In this document: positions 45,301 to 59,733 of the stretch, piece by piece | Layout of the letters: the number at the start of each line of letters is the position of its first letter | Numbering within the stretch: the stretch's first letter is position 1 | Notes under the pieces: generated by a model | The model's input: the letters and a program-made list of their open reading frames with translations, nothing else | Told to the model about the DNA's origin: nothing | The model's database searches: none | Assembly (NCBI RefSeq): GCF_001194135.2 | Contig: NC_069003.1 | Span: 32,875,051-32,939,050 of the forward strand | DNA from: Octopus bimaculoides | Lineage: Eukaryota | Length of the DNA: 64,000 nt | Direction of reading: 5' to 3' | Program-made: the position numbers and the translations under genes

Positions 45301-48300
45301 GCACATAGAGATACATACACATATATTATATAACAGTTATGATTTGTAAACAGCATTTATGTAAATGATTGATTACATTTTCTAGTCAGTTTATCTGACT
45401 CAGTGTTTTAAGCCAACCCTCCCTAGACCACCCTCTACTAAAGTCTTCATTACATTATGACTTACTCTTTTACTCATACTTGTTTCAGTCATTTGACTGC
45501 GGTCATGCTGGAGCACCGCCTTTAGTCGAGCAAATCGACCCCCAGGACTTATTCTTTGTATGCCTAGTACTTATTCTATCAGTCTCTTTTGCTGAACCGC
45601 TAGGTTATGGGGACTTAAACATGCTGGCATGGGTTGGAATGGCTTGACAAGAACTTGCAAGGCCAGGGATCGCACCAGGTTCCATAGTCTGTTTTGGCTT
45701 GGTTTCTACAGTTGGGTGCCCTTCCTAACACCAACCACTCCACAGAGTGTACTGGGTGTTTTTTTATGTAGCACCAGCACCCACACCAGTGCTTGTTACA
45801 TGGCACCTTGGTTTTAGGATCTCAATTCTTTTGTGGTGGGCAGGTCTTCTTTGATACAGCAATGTGTCAAATATCTTGGTACTCTATTATCTCCTTCATT
45901 ATTTTTAAAACAACATTGTCGGGTAGGTTTGAGAGGCCAAATATAGTCAGTTTGAAGATAAAACAGGTAAAATATCTGGGCAAGTTATAGCTGGTTTAAA
46001 TGCCAAAGGGTTGAACTCAAAAGCAGTCTCCTTCAACGAATTTTGGAAAAAATCAAGATGGATTAGCTTACTCAGAAAATTCGCCACATATCCAAGCAGC
46101 AGCATAAAGCACTTCACAAATACCATTTCTTTGAGAGTTGGATGCAAGTACATGAGAGTTGTCGAGCAAAACAGCCTAGAAGAATTGAAAATTTAGTGTG
46201 ACTATAAAATGATTTTACATGTTCAAAATGAAAATAGTTGCTGTATTCTCCAGCACACAAGCCAATATAGTATAAAGTGTAAATTGTGTAGTATAAACAT
46301 TCAAACATTGTTGTCACTATCTTTCCAAATCCTGCTGCATTTCACATGAAATTTTTAGTCTGCCTAAGTTATCTTGGTGTATAAGTCAGCCTACCTGTTT
46401 TGGTATTAAATTTGGGTCAAAAAATTTGACTTGTATGCCAGAAAATATGGTTCAACAAACCATTTGATTTGTGTTATTACTTAAGTTATACATGGTTGTG
46501 AAATTAGCAATGGAAATTACCAACAAAAGTTAATACAACAGCAAATCAAACAGCATGGGAAACATTTTTTTCCAATGTTACTACTTACCATTTGCTGAAC
46601 AGCAAAATCTCTAATAGTTTGGACCCGTATAGCAACATCCAGCATTTGACTAGCAATAAGTTTCCCATGCCTTGTGCCTTCCATTCTAGTCAGTTCTACT
46701 AATATACTGACATACCTGAAAAAAAACCAAAACACATGTACATGTGTGTGTATGCTAGTTTTAATATGTATCAAAAGATTATATATATATATATATANNN
46801 NNNNNNNNNNNNNNNNNNNNNNNNNNNNNNNNNNNNNNNNNNNNNNNNNNNNNNNNNNNNNNNNNNNNNNNNNNNNNNNNNNNNNNNNNNNNNNNNNNNN
46901 NNNNNNNNNNNNNNNNNNNNNNNNNNNNNNNNNNNNNNNNNNNNNNNNNNNNNNNNNNNNNNNNNNNNNNNNNNNNNNNNNNNNNNNNNNNNNNNNNNNN
47001 NNNNNNNNNNNNNNNNNNNNNNNNNNNNNNNNNNNNNNNNNNNNNNNNNNNNNNNNNNNNNNNNNNNNNNNNNNNNNNNNNNNNNNNNNNNNNNNNNNNN
47101 NNNNNNNNNNNNNNNNNNNNNNNNNNNNNNNNNNNNNNNNNNNNNNNNNNNNNNNNNNNNNNNNNNNNNNNNNNNNNNNNNNNNNNNNNNNNNNNNNNNG
47201 TGAGTAAAACAGAAAGAGATATATTGATTACATACCATTCAAAATTGATGACATACTGGTAATTTGACTGGCTACAGATCTCTATAATCTTGGATAACAG
47301 CTCATCTCTATAGTGAGAACCCTCTGCTTTGTCCATGTGAATCATCAACTTCTTGACTATTTCCATCAGATTTTTCTTTGATACCTACAAAAAAAAAAAA
47401 AAACATAAAAGTTATAAAAAAAAAAAAAAGAATTGTTTATTCATGTTAAGAGAAATATTTAATTTTGGAATGAGGCTACACATGCTGTGCTAAGCAAAAT
47501 ATGTAGCCTTGTGGCCAGCTCCAGAATTAATGATAAATTGGTTGCAAAATTTGAAATGAGTTTTAATCGAATACTATAAGGCTCATGTCAACCACACCAA
47601 GCAGATCTATGAGCAGAAATATTCCAGTCATGACCATACCATTTTTTTTATATACTAGGACTACATTAGCCAGTATGTCCTTTCAGTTTTTAAGAAAATA
47701 GGGTGTTTTAACTACTATTTCTAATGCAGTGGTTCTCTGGTGGGCTCGATGAAGCATCCAGTTTAATGATCTGTAACTAAATGTCAACTAATGATAATAT
47801 CTAATTTAAATGCAAAGCCACCAATTGAGGGCAGGGTGAGTAGTTGATACCATCAACACCAGAACAAATACTGCAAAGAACTTTGCCTGATGCGCGACAG
47901 ATTATGCCAACCCACCAAATAAAGAAAATAATTGGCTTACTTGTTTCAGTCATTAGACTGCGGCCATGCTGGGGCACTGCCTTGAAGAATTTTTAGTTGA
48001 ATGAATCAACCCTTCTTAACTACACAAACAAGATTTATTTTATTTAGTAAAAACAAAAAAGAAAAAGGGAGGAGAGGGTCCTGAGATGTCTCAGGTACAT
48101 TAATTTTAATCACACTCTTTAAAGGTTAATAAAGGGTTATTAAAAAGGAAAAACCACATCCAAATGTCACTTACCATTCCATACAAGAGATCCAGTGCAC
48201 GAAGCCTTATTGACTCATCTTTATCATCAAGACACTGAAGAATGAGATCTTTGTGAGCTTGAACACTTTTGGGATGAGTAGCCAAGATTTTGGACATCGC

Positions 48301-49976
48301 TAATAAACCCAGATATTTCACTGCAAATACATATAAAACAGTTATAATGCAATCAATTTTAAGATTCGTTTATGAAAAAGCACTTAAAAATACTTCTGTA
48401 AATACACTCTGGAAGTGTAATTGTCTGGCACGTGGTTTGATCTGAGATTGTATCTTATGTCTTTTACATCTTTTAGTCATTAGACTGTGGCCATACTGGG
48501 GCACTGTCTCGAACTTTTAGTTGAATGAAGTGACCCCAGTACATTTAAAAAAAATTTTAAGCCTGGTATTTATTCTGTCAGTCTCTCTTGCCAAACCACT
48601 AAGTTAAGACATAAACACACCAAAATGGTTGTCAAGCAGTTGCCACACACACACTCAACGCATATATACATACATGCATATATATGAATAAAAATAATAA
48701 ATGGAGCAAAACGCATATAAACAAAGGTTCCTTTAATTTCTACATATGTTTCAAAATATATGTGCACTCTACTCCAAAGAAGTAAGAGGTGCTGGAATTG
48801 CACATACATTCATCGTCAGGGAATGATGATGATCAAAAAAAATTAATTATTCTAATGAAACTAATTTGCTAATCTTTTAACTGAACTTAAATTTCATGGT
48901 AATTCCAGTAATGATGTTAAACATCTATCTACCAAAAAAATAGAGTTGGTATTTTCTGCAAGTCATGTTGCCCCAATAACCTTGACATATTTCAACAGAA
49001 AATAGTTTCACTCATGACATTCCTTAACAAGGGTAATGAAATTTTGAGTGGATATATCTGATTTTCAAGGCAAAATGGTTAAAACAGCTAGTAATACTTA
49101 CAATTTTGATCGGAATCTTCGATTAAGATCCTTAATTTCTGAACACATAGCTAAAATCAATAAGAATATAAAATATAATTTCAAGAAACATTGTTGATTA
49201 TATTTATGAGAGAGGGAGAGAGAGAGGGGAGAGAGAGAGAGACAGAGAGAGACAGACAGACAGTTAAACAGAAAGGAGAAAAGAACCAATAAAGGATATG
49301 CACAAATACATTATAAACAGCAAAGATACATAGAATTTATATAATCCATATAATTTAAATATTATGAATTGTATGAATTTATATATAATTCATACAGCAT
49401 ATACCAATGGCAATTGGACATTTTTTTTTTTTTCTTTTCATGGGTATATGAAACTGCTGAAATGAAAAACAGAATCTAAAGTCTAACTACCTAACGAGTT
49501 TTACAGTATTTGAAGCTAAGCACATATGACTGTAAGTTCAAAATACATGCTTGTATCATGCAGGAGGAGAGCAAGAAGTCACTTTGTTCTTGGAAATGTC
49601 ACAGAACTGTGTCCATGTCAAAGCACATACACACATACATTGACTTACACACGTGTAATTGAGTCTTAAGTACATGCATATGTATGAGTATGTATGAGGT
49701 TATGCAATATAATGAGCAGATTGATTCTGTATTCCTTACAATGATACGCAGGACATGTGTATGAGTATGTATGTGCTATGCTTTTTCTCACAAAGAGTGT
49801 TTTCATACAAGGTACACAAAGCCTATATCAATCAGAACTAAAACCACATTTCTTTTTTTGCCACCTCTACTTACTTGCCATACACAGTGTAATTACTAAC
49901 ATACTATAAGCCCTCTGACAAACACACTTTATGTAGGTACTTTCACAAATAGACTTTATATAGGTACTTTCACATT

Positions 49977-50034
<58 letters not shown>

Positions 50035-53000
50035 CGTATATATATATATATATATATACATATATATATAATCTTTAGGAATCTCAGGCGAGAGTAGTTA
50101 TAAATATCTTTATTATTATTATTATTATTCTATAAATCTGACCACAAAATCTGTTTCTCACACTAAAAATCTTGGCCTTTGACAATTTTTTCAGGTCATT
50201 TTTACAAAAGCCAAATGTAGATTTTTAACAATCTATCAGTCATGGGCAACTTGTGATCTGCGAGACTTTCTTAATGGCATACTTAATTCCAGTGCTATGA
50301 CAATCCTTTCTTTCTTCAGACATAGAGTATCTAGGATTACATTATTCAATGTATCTTTCTTTCCCCTTTTTAAAATTAGGCGTGATTTCTAAAAGATTTG
50401 GCTACTATTTATAGCATGGATGGGGGGACCTTGTTAGCTTGCACTACGTTTCTTGATTCATTATCTTTTTTTTTTGTCAGAGAACTTATGGAATAGAAGA
50501 CATAATTCTAGTTTCTGGTAGAAACTAGAGTTATGTCTCCTGGACAACACTTGCCTGAAAAATGAAATCTTCCGCACTAATCTCACAAATAGCAAACAAA
50601 AATCAACATCATACATCAGCCAAATAGAGAACCCAATGAAAAAAGAGCCTTCGCTAACAAACCAGATCTTCCAAGCATCACAGCATAATAAACAGCACAT
50701 TTTCGAACCATATATGGAACAAGGGCAAAGGAGAGGACATTGTAACTCTTAATAGCACTTGACATAGTGTGCATGCAGCTGTAGCTCACCTTTATGTTGT
50801 TTTTGTTGAACAGCTGATGGAACTTGTGAGCATTCAGGAAATATAAATATATACATAAACATATATATACATATATCACACACATGTACATGCAAACAGA
50901 CACATACGCATACACACAGTTATATGCACATACACATGTACACGCATACATATACAAACACACATGTATACATACACACATATGTATACATATGTATATA
51001 AACATATACACAAAGGATGTATGTACATAAATATCTATCATCATCATTTTGCATTTGTTTTCCATGCTGTCACAGGGTAGGTGGTTTGTGTCAATCTGAG
51101 GACGTACTGAGAGTGATAAAAATCAAACATCCAGTCAACATCATGGTGTCTGGAGTAATCACTAGTGATGGTTTCCCACACGGCCTCAGACTCAACACGG
51201 AGGCCTACATCAAGTTCCTGGAGGAGGTACTGCTGCCCTGGGTGAAGAGGGTGGCTACTAGAAGACCTTATGTCTGGCAACAGGACTCTGCACCAAGCCA
51301 CACAAGCAGGAGACTTCAAGGATTTAGCTTAACAAATTGACCCCAGGACTTTTTTTTTAAAGCCTGGTACTTATTCTATTACTCTCTTTTTGCTGAACTG
51401 CAAGGTCACAGGGACATGAACAAACCAACACTGGTTGTACAGTGGTGGTGGAGGACAAACACAATGCACACATGTACACATACACATGATGGGCTTCTTT
51501 CAGTCTACCAAATTCACTCACAAGGCTTTGGTAGAAGACACTTGCACAAGGCGCCATGCAGTGGAACTGAACCCAAGAGAACATAGTTTGGAATCAAGCT
51601 TCTTAACCACACAGCCACACTTCTGTACATATCTAAGAATAAGACAGCTATGATTATCAGAGATCAAATCCAGTCAATGTACTGTTGAAGTAAACAGAAA
51701 AATAAAAAAGAAAAATCACCTCCACAGATAAGTTAATAGTCCAAGAAATTTATATATAATCACCTCAACAGAAGGAAATTTCTAGTTCAGCATCAATTTT
51801 AAAATTATTAATGTGACAAAATGAAATAGTATTGAAGACAATTATATTGCATTAAAAATATTTGTATTTGTTGATATCTAATGTAAGATTTAATGAATGA
51901 AAATGGCTTTTTGTTGTTGTTGTTGTGGTTTTCTTTTTAGTTTACAGCTTCAGGAAGATAACGCAGATACAATTATATAACCATAACAAACATTTCCAAA
52001 AGTTAACATATATATAACTACAAATTAAAATACAAAATAAAATGTTGTAGAAAAGAAGCTGGTGAGAAGAGATTATCAACAAATGAAATCAGAAGGAACC
52101 AATCAACAAATGAAATCAGAAGGAACCAATCAACCAGCCAATCGATCGATCAATGCCAGCAAATTTACTTTTCCATACATATTTTTTGTTTTTCCTTTTC
52201 GTTCTCATGAACATCGTCACCAGTGCCACCACCACCACCACCACCACCACCACCACCACAACAACAACAACAGCTACATATATCAAACAAAAGTGTTCCC
52301 CAGCAGTTGGAAGCCAGCAAAAATTTACAAAAACCTTGTTTAACCCTACTGAAGTAATTTCCTCACATTTCAAACTCCTACGACATTATGTAGTTGTTGT
52401 TGTTGTCCTAGCTTCAGGTGATCAAAGGTGTTCCAGCTATGACCATCCCATCTTTTATTCTGATATGGTGCACAACACCCAATCTGCTCCTTTTGTCCCT
52501 TCAGAATTCAGATTATTCTGTCAAATGTAATGATTATTTATTCCCATTGTTTTGAATTAATCAGTGTGGATGCTCTTCCTGGTGCTAACACTCAGCTGTT
52601 TTCAAATGAGGTAATATTTTACCCCCATCTCAAGAGCATAAGCACTTTCAAAGACACATATACACCTATCAAATTCACTCCCAAGTCTTTAGTTGGTCCG
52701 AGGCTATAGTAGAAGACACTAACCAACAGTGCTGCACAGTGGCACTGACCCTGGAACCACATGACTGAAAAGCAAACTTCTTACCCACATGGGCATGCCA
52801 ATGCCTATACCTTATAGTGTATATGAAGTAAATAAGAGATTAGATATGAAATGATTTCAAACCATTTAGAAAAAGATATAAATATGAAAAAGAAATAAAA
52901 ATAAAAAGATATAATTAATAAACTAAAAATAATTAATACCACTTCATAGTGATTCTTTGATATTAATCAATATATCAGGGGCCCCCAACCACAGGCTGTG

Positions 53001-54571
53001 AGACAGTATCAGGCTGCAGGCAAGTACCAGGTTGTGGGATGAGTACCAGGCTGCGAACCAATACCAGGCGGTGGGCCAGTACCAGGCCATAGGATCATTT
53101 GGTAATGGCCTACACAGAAAGAATAAATTTTAAAATTTTATTCCTGTTTTACTGACTATCACAGTCTGTATGTTGGTTTTGCATTATATATGCATAATAT
53201 GTTATGTATATATATATATTATATATGTACTAATTAAATGATATTTTGCATTTAATTGAGTTCTGTGATACGCATCTGTGGAAAAAGATTGTCTTGTATG
53301 AAACCAGTCTATAGTGGAAAAAAGGTTGGGGACCACTGCTATATATGATAATCTCTAGAAATTTCTTTTTTAAAATCTTTAAAGAAATTTGAAATTATTA
53401 AGTTAGTAGAGTTATTAGTAAGTGGTAATGCAAATTTCAAGAAATAACTGCTGGGGAACAGCTAAAAAAAATAGTATATTTAAAACAAGGAAACAGAATA
53501 CTGCAAGAATGTAACAAAATTTGAAATATCTGGTACCTGTATGGATGCTGAGTGATTAGGGACGCCTGTAGATATAGAAATAAGTACTGTAAGTAAGAGG
53601 AAAGAAGAATTATTTTCACATCAGAATCTGATTCAATGACAGAGATTGTATACAGGAAACAAAAGAGAAAGCAGAAAGGAATGATATGAAACAAAAAAAA
53701 TATATGGTATATAAATGTGAAAATGTCTGCGCTAATTTAATAAGTTTAGAATCTTTTTTTTTTTTTTTTAGATTATCTATCTGTAACGAAATAAGAAAAT
53801 AGGAGTGACTGGAGAGAGTTGGTGTATTGGTTAGGGATTCAGTTATATGAGAATACTAGAGTTAGCACAGTCAATTCAGGATAGAAGACAATTTTGTCTC
53901 AGCACCAGTGGTCACTATGAGAGGAGTGCATGAGTGAAAATAAGTTGTGTATATTGAAGTCACAGAGGAGGATGACTTCGGGGGGAACAGAGTTGAGATA
54001 GAAGACAAGAGATAGCTGAACACTACAACAGCTAGTTGAAGAAGTTCAGATCAGAGAGTGGCAGACACACAGAGACAGCAGGTGAGTTTAGAAGAACGAG
54101 TAAAACATGCTTCTGAAAATTAGGATTGAAGTAGTTTCTAATTCTTATATATATATATATATATNNNNNNNNNNNNNNNNNNNNNNNNNNNNNNNNNNNN
54201 NNNNNNNNNNNNNNNNNNNNNNNNNNNNNNNNNNNNNNNNNNNNNNNNNNNNNNNNNNNNNNNNNNNNNNNNNNNNNNNNNNNNNNNNNNNNNNNNNNNN
54301 NNNNNNNNNNNNNNNNNNNNNNNNNNNNNNNNNNNNNNNNNNNNNNNNNNNNNNNNNNNNNNNNNNNNNNNNNNNNNNNNNNNNNNNNNNNNNNNNNNNN
54401 NNNNNNNNNNNNNNNNNNNNNNNNNNNNNNNNNNNNNNNNNNNNNNNNNNNNNNNNNNNNNNNNNNNNNNNNNNNNNNNNNNNNNNNNNNNNNNNNNNNN
54501 NNNNNNNNNNNNNNNNNNNNNNNNNNNNNNNNNNNNNNNNNNNNNNNNNNNNNNNNNNNNNNNNNNNNNNN

Positions 54572-54622
<51 letters not shown>

Positions 54623-56331
54623 AGCATGCACATATATACTTTCCTATATTTATATATTCATTTGTATGAGCCTGTGTCTACATTGTTGTTTAGCCCTAGC
54701 TCAACTCTATTTGAGCAAACAAAGCTATAATGAACAAACATTTCATCTGGGACCATTCCAACTGGGACCATTCCATTTGGGACCATTCCATCTGTTCAAA
54801 GGCATTTAGGACTACAACACAATGTCCTTCCCTTTTAAGATGTGAATGCTTGTGACTGCTATTTTTAACAGGTTGAGTGATTATGTAAAGGCTCTCTTGT
54901 CAACTCAAGTATGTGTACATTTTGTATACATTGTGGGCATAAGTACAAAATAATGAAGCTACTTATTAAATTAGAAAATTCATTAATTTTAATCAGAATA
55001 ACAATCAAAGTGGGAATATAGGGATGCCGAGTTCTTGGTTTTTATTTATAGATTTTATTGGAAGAGAAGAAAGGTATACTTTGTTGGAGTATCTAAAGTT
55101 GGAAGGTAAAAAGTAGTGTCTAAACAGAATAAAGCATTTTCTACGCAAAAAAAAAAAAAAAGAGTTAAGATTTCAAGATCATTAGATATAGAAGTAGAAG
55201 TGCTGAAATGCAAGATTCATAGATGCACAGCCATGAAATATAAATAAGTTACAGGCATTGAAGTAAAACATGTTGATAGGATGAAAGGAAATAGCATATA
55301 TCCATATAGTAAAAGCAACTAACAAGGCACAAAAAAAACAAAAAACAAGATAAAACATGAGAGATAAAAATGGTTTTTGTACCGCAGTAAAGGTTTAGCA
55401 TGAAAATACTAAAACGTTAATTAATGTAGTGTTTACTTCTTTTCATAATTAAACAATTTTTTTTTTCAAACAACTGTACATGTTAATTAAATTCAAGTAG
55501 TGTTTAGGTTATTTTGAGGAGGCCTACCTGCTATCACTGTATTAATGCACTCATAAAGTAAGGACATTGCTGATGTGCTGAAATGAAAAACAAAAAGATT
55601 TTGTATGTGGGACTGACTTGAGTATTTTGAAAATGAGGAAAAAAAATCATAGAGGAAGATCTAAAGGTCATTCATGTTTTTCTCTTGAAGAGCACCTGTA
55701 CCAGTGTCATGTGAAAAACCACATGTGCTGGTGCCATGTAGAAAGCACCTGTGTCAGAGCCATGTAGAGAGCACCATGTAGAAAGCACCTGTGCCAGAGC
55801 CATGTAGAATGCACCTGTGCTGGTGGCATGTAGAGCACACCTGTGCCAGAGCCATGTAGAAAGCACCTATGCCAGAGCCATGTAGAATGCACCTGTTCTG
55901 GTGTCATGTAGAACACACTTGTGCCAGAGCCATGTAGAATGCACCTGTGCTAGTGCCAAATAAGGTACACATGTCAGAACCACATAAAAAAAATGCACCT
56001 GTGCTGGAACCATATAAAAAGCACCCAAGCCAGTGTCATGTAAAAGGCAACCGTACCATCGCCACATAAAGGAAGCCAACAAGTGTATGAGGTCATCAGG
56101 AGAGAATGCACGCCGTTTTGGGGCCTACCTCAACAGCATCAATGCACATGTTGTTGATGTTATTATTATTATCCTTATTATTATTATAGATGTCACACAG
56201 TATACGATATCGTGAGGTTGTTGATTGAAGATATTGTGTCTACTGGGGTTTGTACTGTCTGTCAAGTCACAACAAGGAGCTCAGACAGACAGTACTTTAC
56301 ACAATATGCATGCAGTTCCAAGTAATGCTGA

Positions 56332-56382
<51 letters not shown>

Positions 56383-59175
56383 TCTTACCTGTGAATTAAA
56401 TTTGTGAGTGGTTCAATCAATTTTTTTCCAAGTCGAGGTTCAAGTGGAGTGAGAGCACCAAACTAAACAGAAATATGTAATAAATATATTTACCATACTC
56501 TACTAACAGTAATGTAAACAGAAAAATGTTTTACTTATATATACACACATATATATACACACACACACAAATATTTTATATAATAGCAATCTTTTGTTAA
56601 AAAGAAACAGTGATTATCAGAGAACAATGGAAAAGGTCTCCTAGCAAAGATTTATCAGGTTGACCTAAATCCATAGTTTAACCCCTTTAGCACTCAGATT
56701 ACTGTCAAAGGTAATGCTCATTTAATTGCATTGTTTTGAATTAATCACACATTATTTCATAGCTTTGAGATTTCAATGATGTAATTGTATATTTTTAGAA
56801 TGACATTGTAAGGTGGGTGTGAGAAGCTGAATCTGGCCAGTTTGAGCATAAAACAAAAAGAATATTAGGCTGGATATGGTTGACTTAAATGCTAAGGGGT
56901 TAAAGATTTAAAATCCTCAATATTATTAAAGAAGCTACACACCAGTTTGATTATCTTGATGAGTACCCAGTTATTAGTAGAACTGGTCATCAGTTTGAAG
57001 AAAAGAGGTGCCAGAGAAAGATAATTTTTAGGATTTTTCCGTGCAAGTTCACATATCACATTCACAGCTGCAGACTGGACACCTGAAAGTAAAAAAAAAA
57101 AAATCTTTTATTGTGCTTTGTTATGTGCAAGACCTCTTGGTCCATGGAAAAACTATTCTTGCATGAAACTGGTCTGCAGTGCAAAGAAGGTTGGCAGGGG
57201 TGCACTGATCTAGAGCATTATGAGAAAAGTTAATTACTAATAACTGAAAGGTCTTAAAATGTATAGACACTAAAACTAACATAAGAAAGGTCTACTGGTA
57301 CAAGCTTCGAAGACTCTAAACTTCAAGAACAAAAATGGTCTTAAATTTTACTCACCAGGATCAGGATCCTCTAGCTTTTCTTTTAACCGAGGGAAGGCAG
57401 GCCTAAGTGCTTCAGGAAACTGAAGAAATACTTTGTACATGATAAGGACAGCTTTCTTCCTTAGATAAGGCCGAGTCGATGTCATCTAGAAAACAGACAA
57501 AGGGATTTATGAAAACAGATGCCCTTATTATGAATTAAACATAACGGTTTTAGAGAATTTTACACTTTCTTTTATTATAGTAGTAACTATGGAAGACTGG
57601 TGGGATTATTATTTGTATGGAGGTCAACTTTGCATGTGGATGATGTCTGTCCTCCCATGACCCTGTCAGCAATAGCAGGCAGAGAAAATGCATGGATGGT
57701 AAATTATGAAAATCATATAATATAATTAATGTATGGAGGTCAACTTTGCCTTCCATCATTGCAGGGTCGATAAGATAAGTGCCAGTTGAGTGTGTGTGTG
57801 TGTGTGGGGGGGTCGATGTAACTGGCTTGCTCCACTTCTTTGAAATTGCCAGGGAAGTAACAAACTGGGGTTAGTGTAATTGACTTGTCCCACTTCCTTG
57901 AAATTGCCAGGGAAGTAACAAACNNNNNNNNNNTTAGTGTAATTGACTTGTCCCACTTCCTTGAAATTGCCAGGGAAGTAACAAACTGGGGTTAGTGTAA
58001 TTGACTTGTCCCACTTCTTTGAAATTGCCAGGGAAGTAACAAACAAGAGGAAGACTAAGACCTGGATAGAAATTCAGCCAATCTCAGGATGCTGAACTTT
58101 GCAAATAAATGACAAAAAAACTCAATAAGTGGCAGGGTATTATATAGAAGAGGACATACCCAACCCTTGCAAGTATGGAAGAAAAAAAAATCATAAGTGT
58201 AAAATAAAACAATGATGATCCGCAAGCATCGATAAACATTTTCTTTTACTTACTAAAGTCATAATGTCGTTTGCAAGGTCTCTGGAAAGATCCTGAGATA
58301 TAAAACAAGCCAATCCATTTAAGGCAACGCCAGAATCGTACATGTTCTGGCTGTTCAAATCCTGCAGAGGAGAGAAGAAAAAAAGGTATTGAAAGATAAA
58401 TTTGAAAAACAAGTACAAAGTAAAGTGTTCACAACAAATGATAAATTTAAAACTATAGGTCTTGGAAGGCTTGTGGAGGAGTGTAGACACAGCCGCCCCT
58501 TGCTTCTCATTGAACCAAGTAAAACACAGGCAGGGCTGTGTGGTAGCAAGTTTGCTTCCCAACCACATTGGGAAGTCCCATTGTGTGGTACCTGGGGCAA
58601 GTGTGTCTTCTATCATAGCTCCAGGCAAACTGAAGTCATCAGAGTGGATTTGGTAGTTGGAAACTGAAAGAAATCCATCAGATATATATATGATGGGTGC
58701 ATCACTCATAGGTTAGTGTTTCAAGCTAACAATCATGAGGTAGTGAGTTCGATTCCTGGACCATGCTGTGTGTTGTATTCTTGAGCAAGACACTTTATTT
58801 CACGTTGCTCCAGTTCACTCATCTGTAGAAATTGAGTTGTGACATTTCTGGTGCCAAGCTGCATCAGCCTTTGGCTTTCCTTTGGGTAATATTGGTGACG
58901 TGGAGAGGGGAGGCTGGTATGCATGGGCCACTGCATTTGCCCAGACTTGTACCTTGGAGGGGAACTTACTAGAAGTAATCCTATGGTCATCCATGACCAA
59001 AAGGGGTTTTTACCCTATATNNNNNNNNNNNNNNNNNNNNNNNNNNNNNNNNNNNNNNNNNNNNNNNNNNNNNNNNNNNNNNNNNNNNNNNNNNNNNNNN
59101 NNNNNNNNNNNNNNNNNNNNNNNNNNNNNNNNNNNNNNNNNNNNNNNNNNNNNNNNNNNNNNNNNNNNNNNNNNN

Positions 59176-59252
<77 letters not shown>

Positions 59253-59701
59253 GTTTCCTTGCCTTGACTTCATGTTATAGTTGTAAATGAATGTCACCAT
59301 CATGCAAGCAGCCCTCTTCCACGAAAAATATATCTGGTCAAGAGGAGTTATTACATTGCTCAGAAACAGTTGAGGGTTGGCAACAACAAGATCATTCCAT
59401 TGTAGAAAAACCACCTCAAAACAAATTCCGTCCAACCCATGAAAGCATGGAAAAGTGGACACTAAACGATGATGATGATGATGATGATAACTGTCACTGT
59501 TTAAATATTCACAAGGTTTTCAAGTTACACACAAACAATACAATCCATCAACACAATATGACATGACTAGACATGCATATTTCATCCATTAATAAATTAA
59601 TACACTTTCGGACACCTGGATCCCTATTATCGGGTTTAATCAATGTACTCTACTCACACACAATACATATCTATACACTTACAGAACCCTATTTGTATGC
59701 G

Positions 59702-59733
<32 letters not shown>

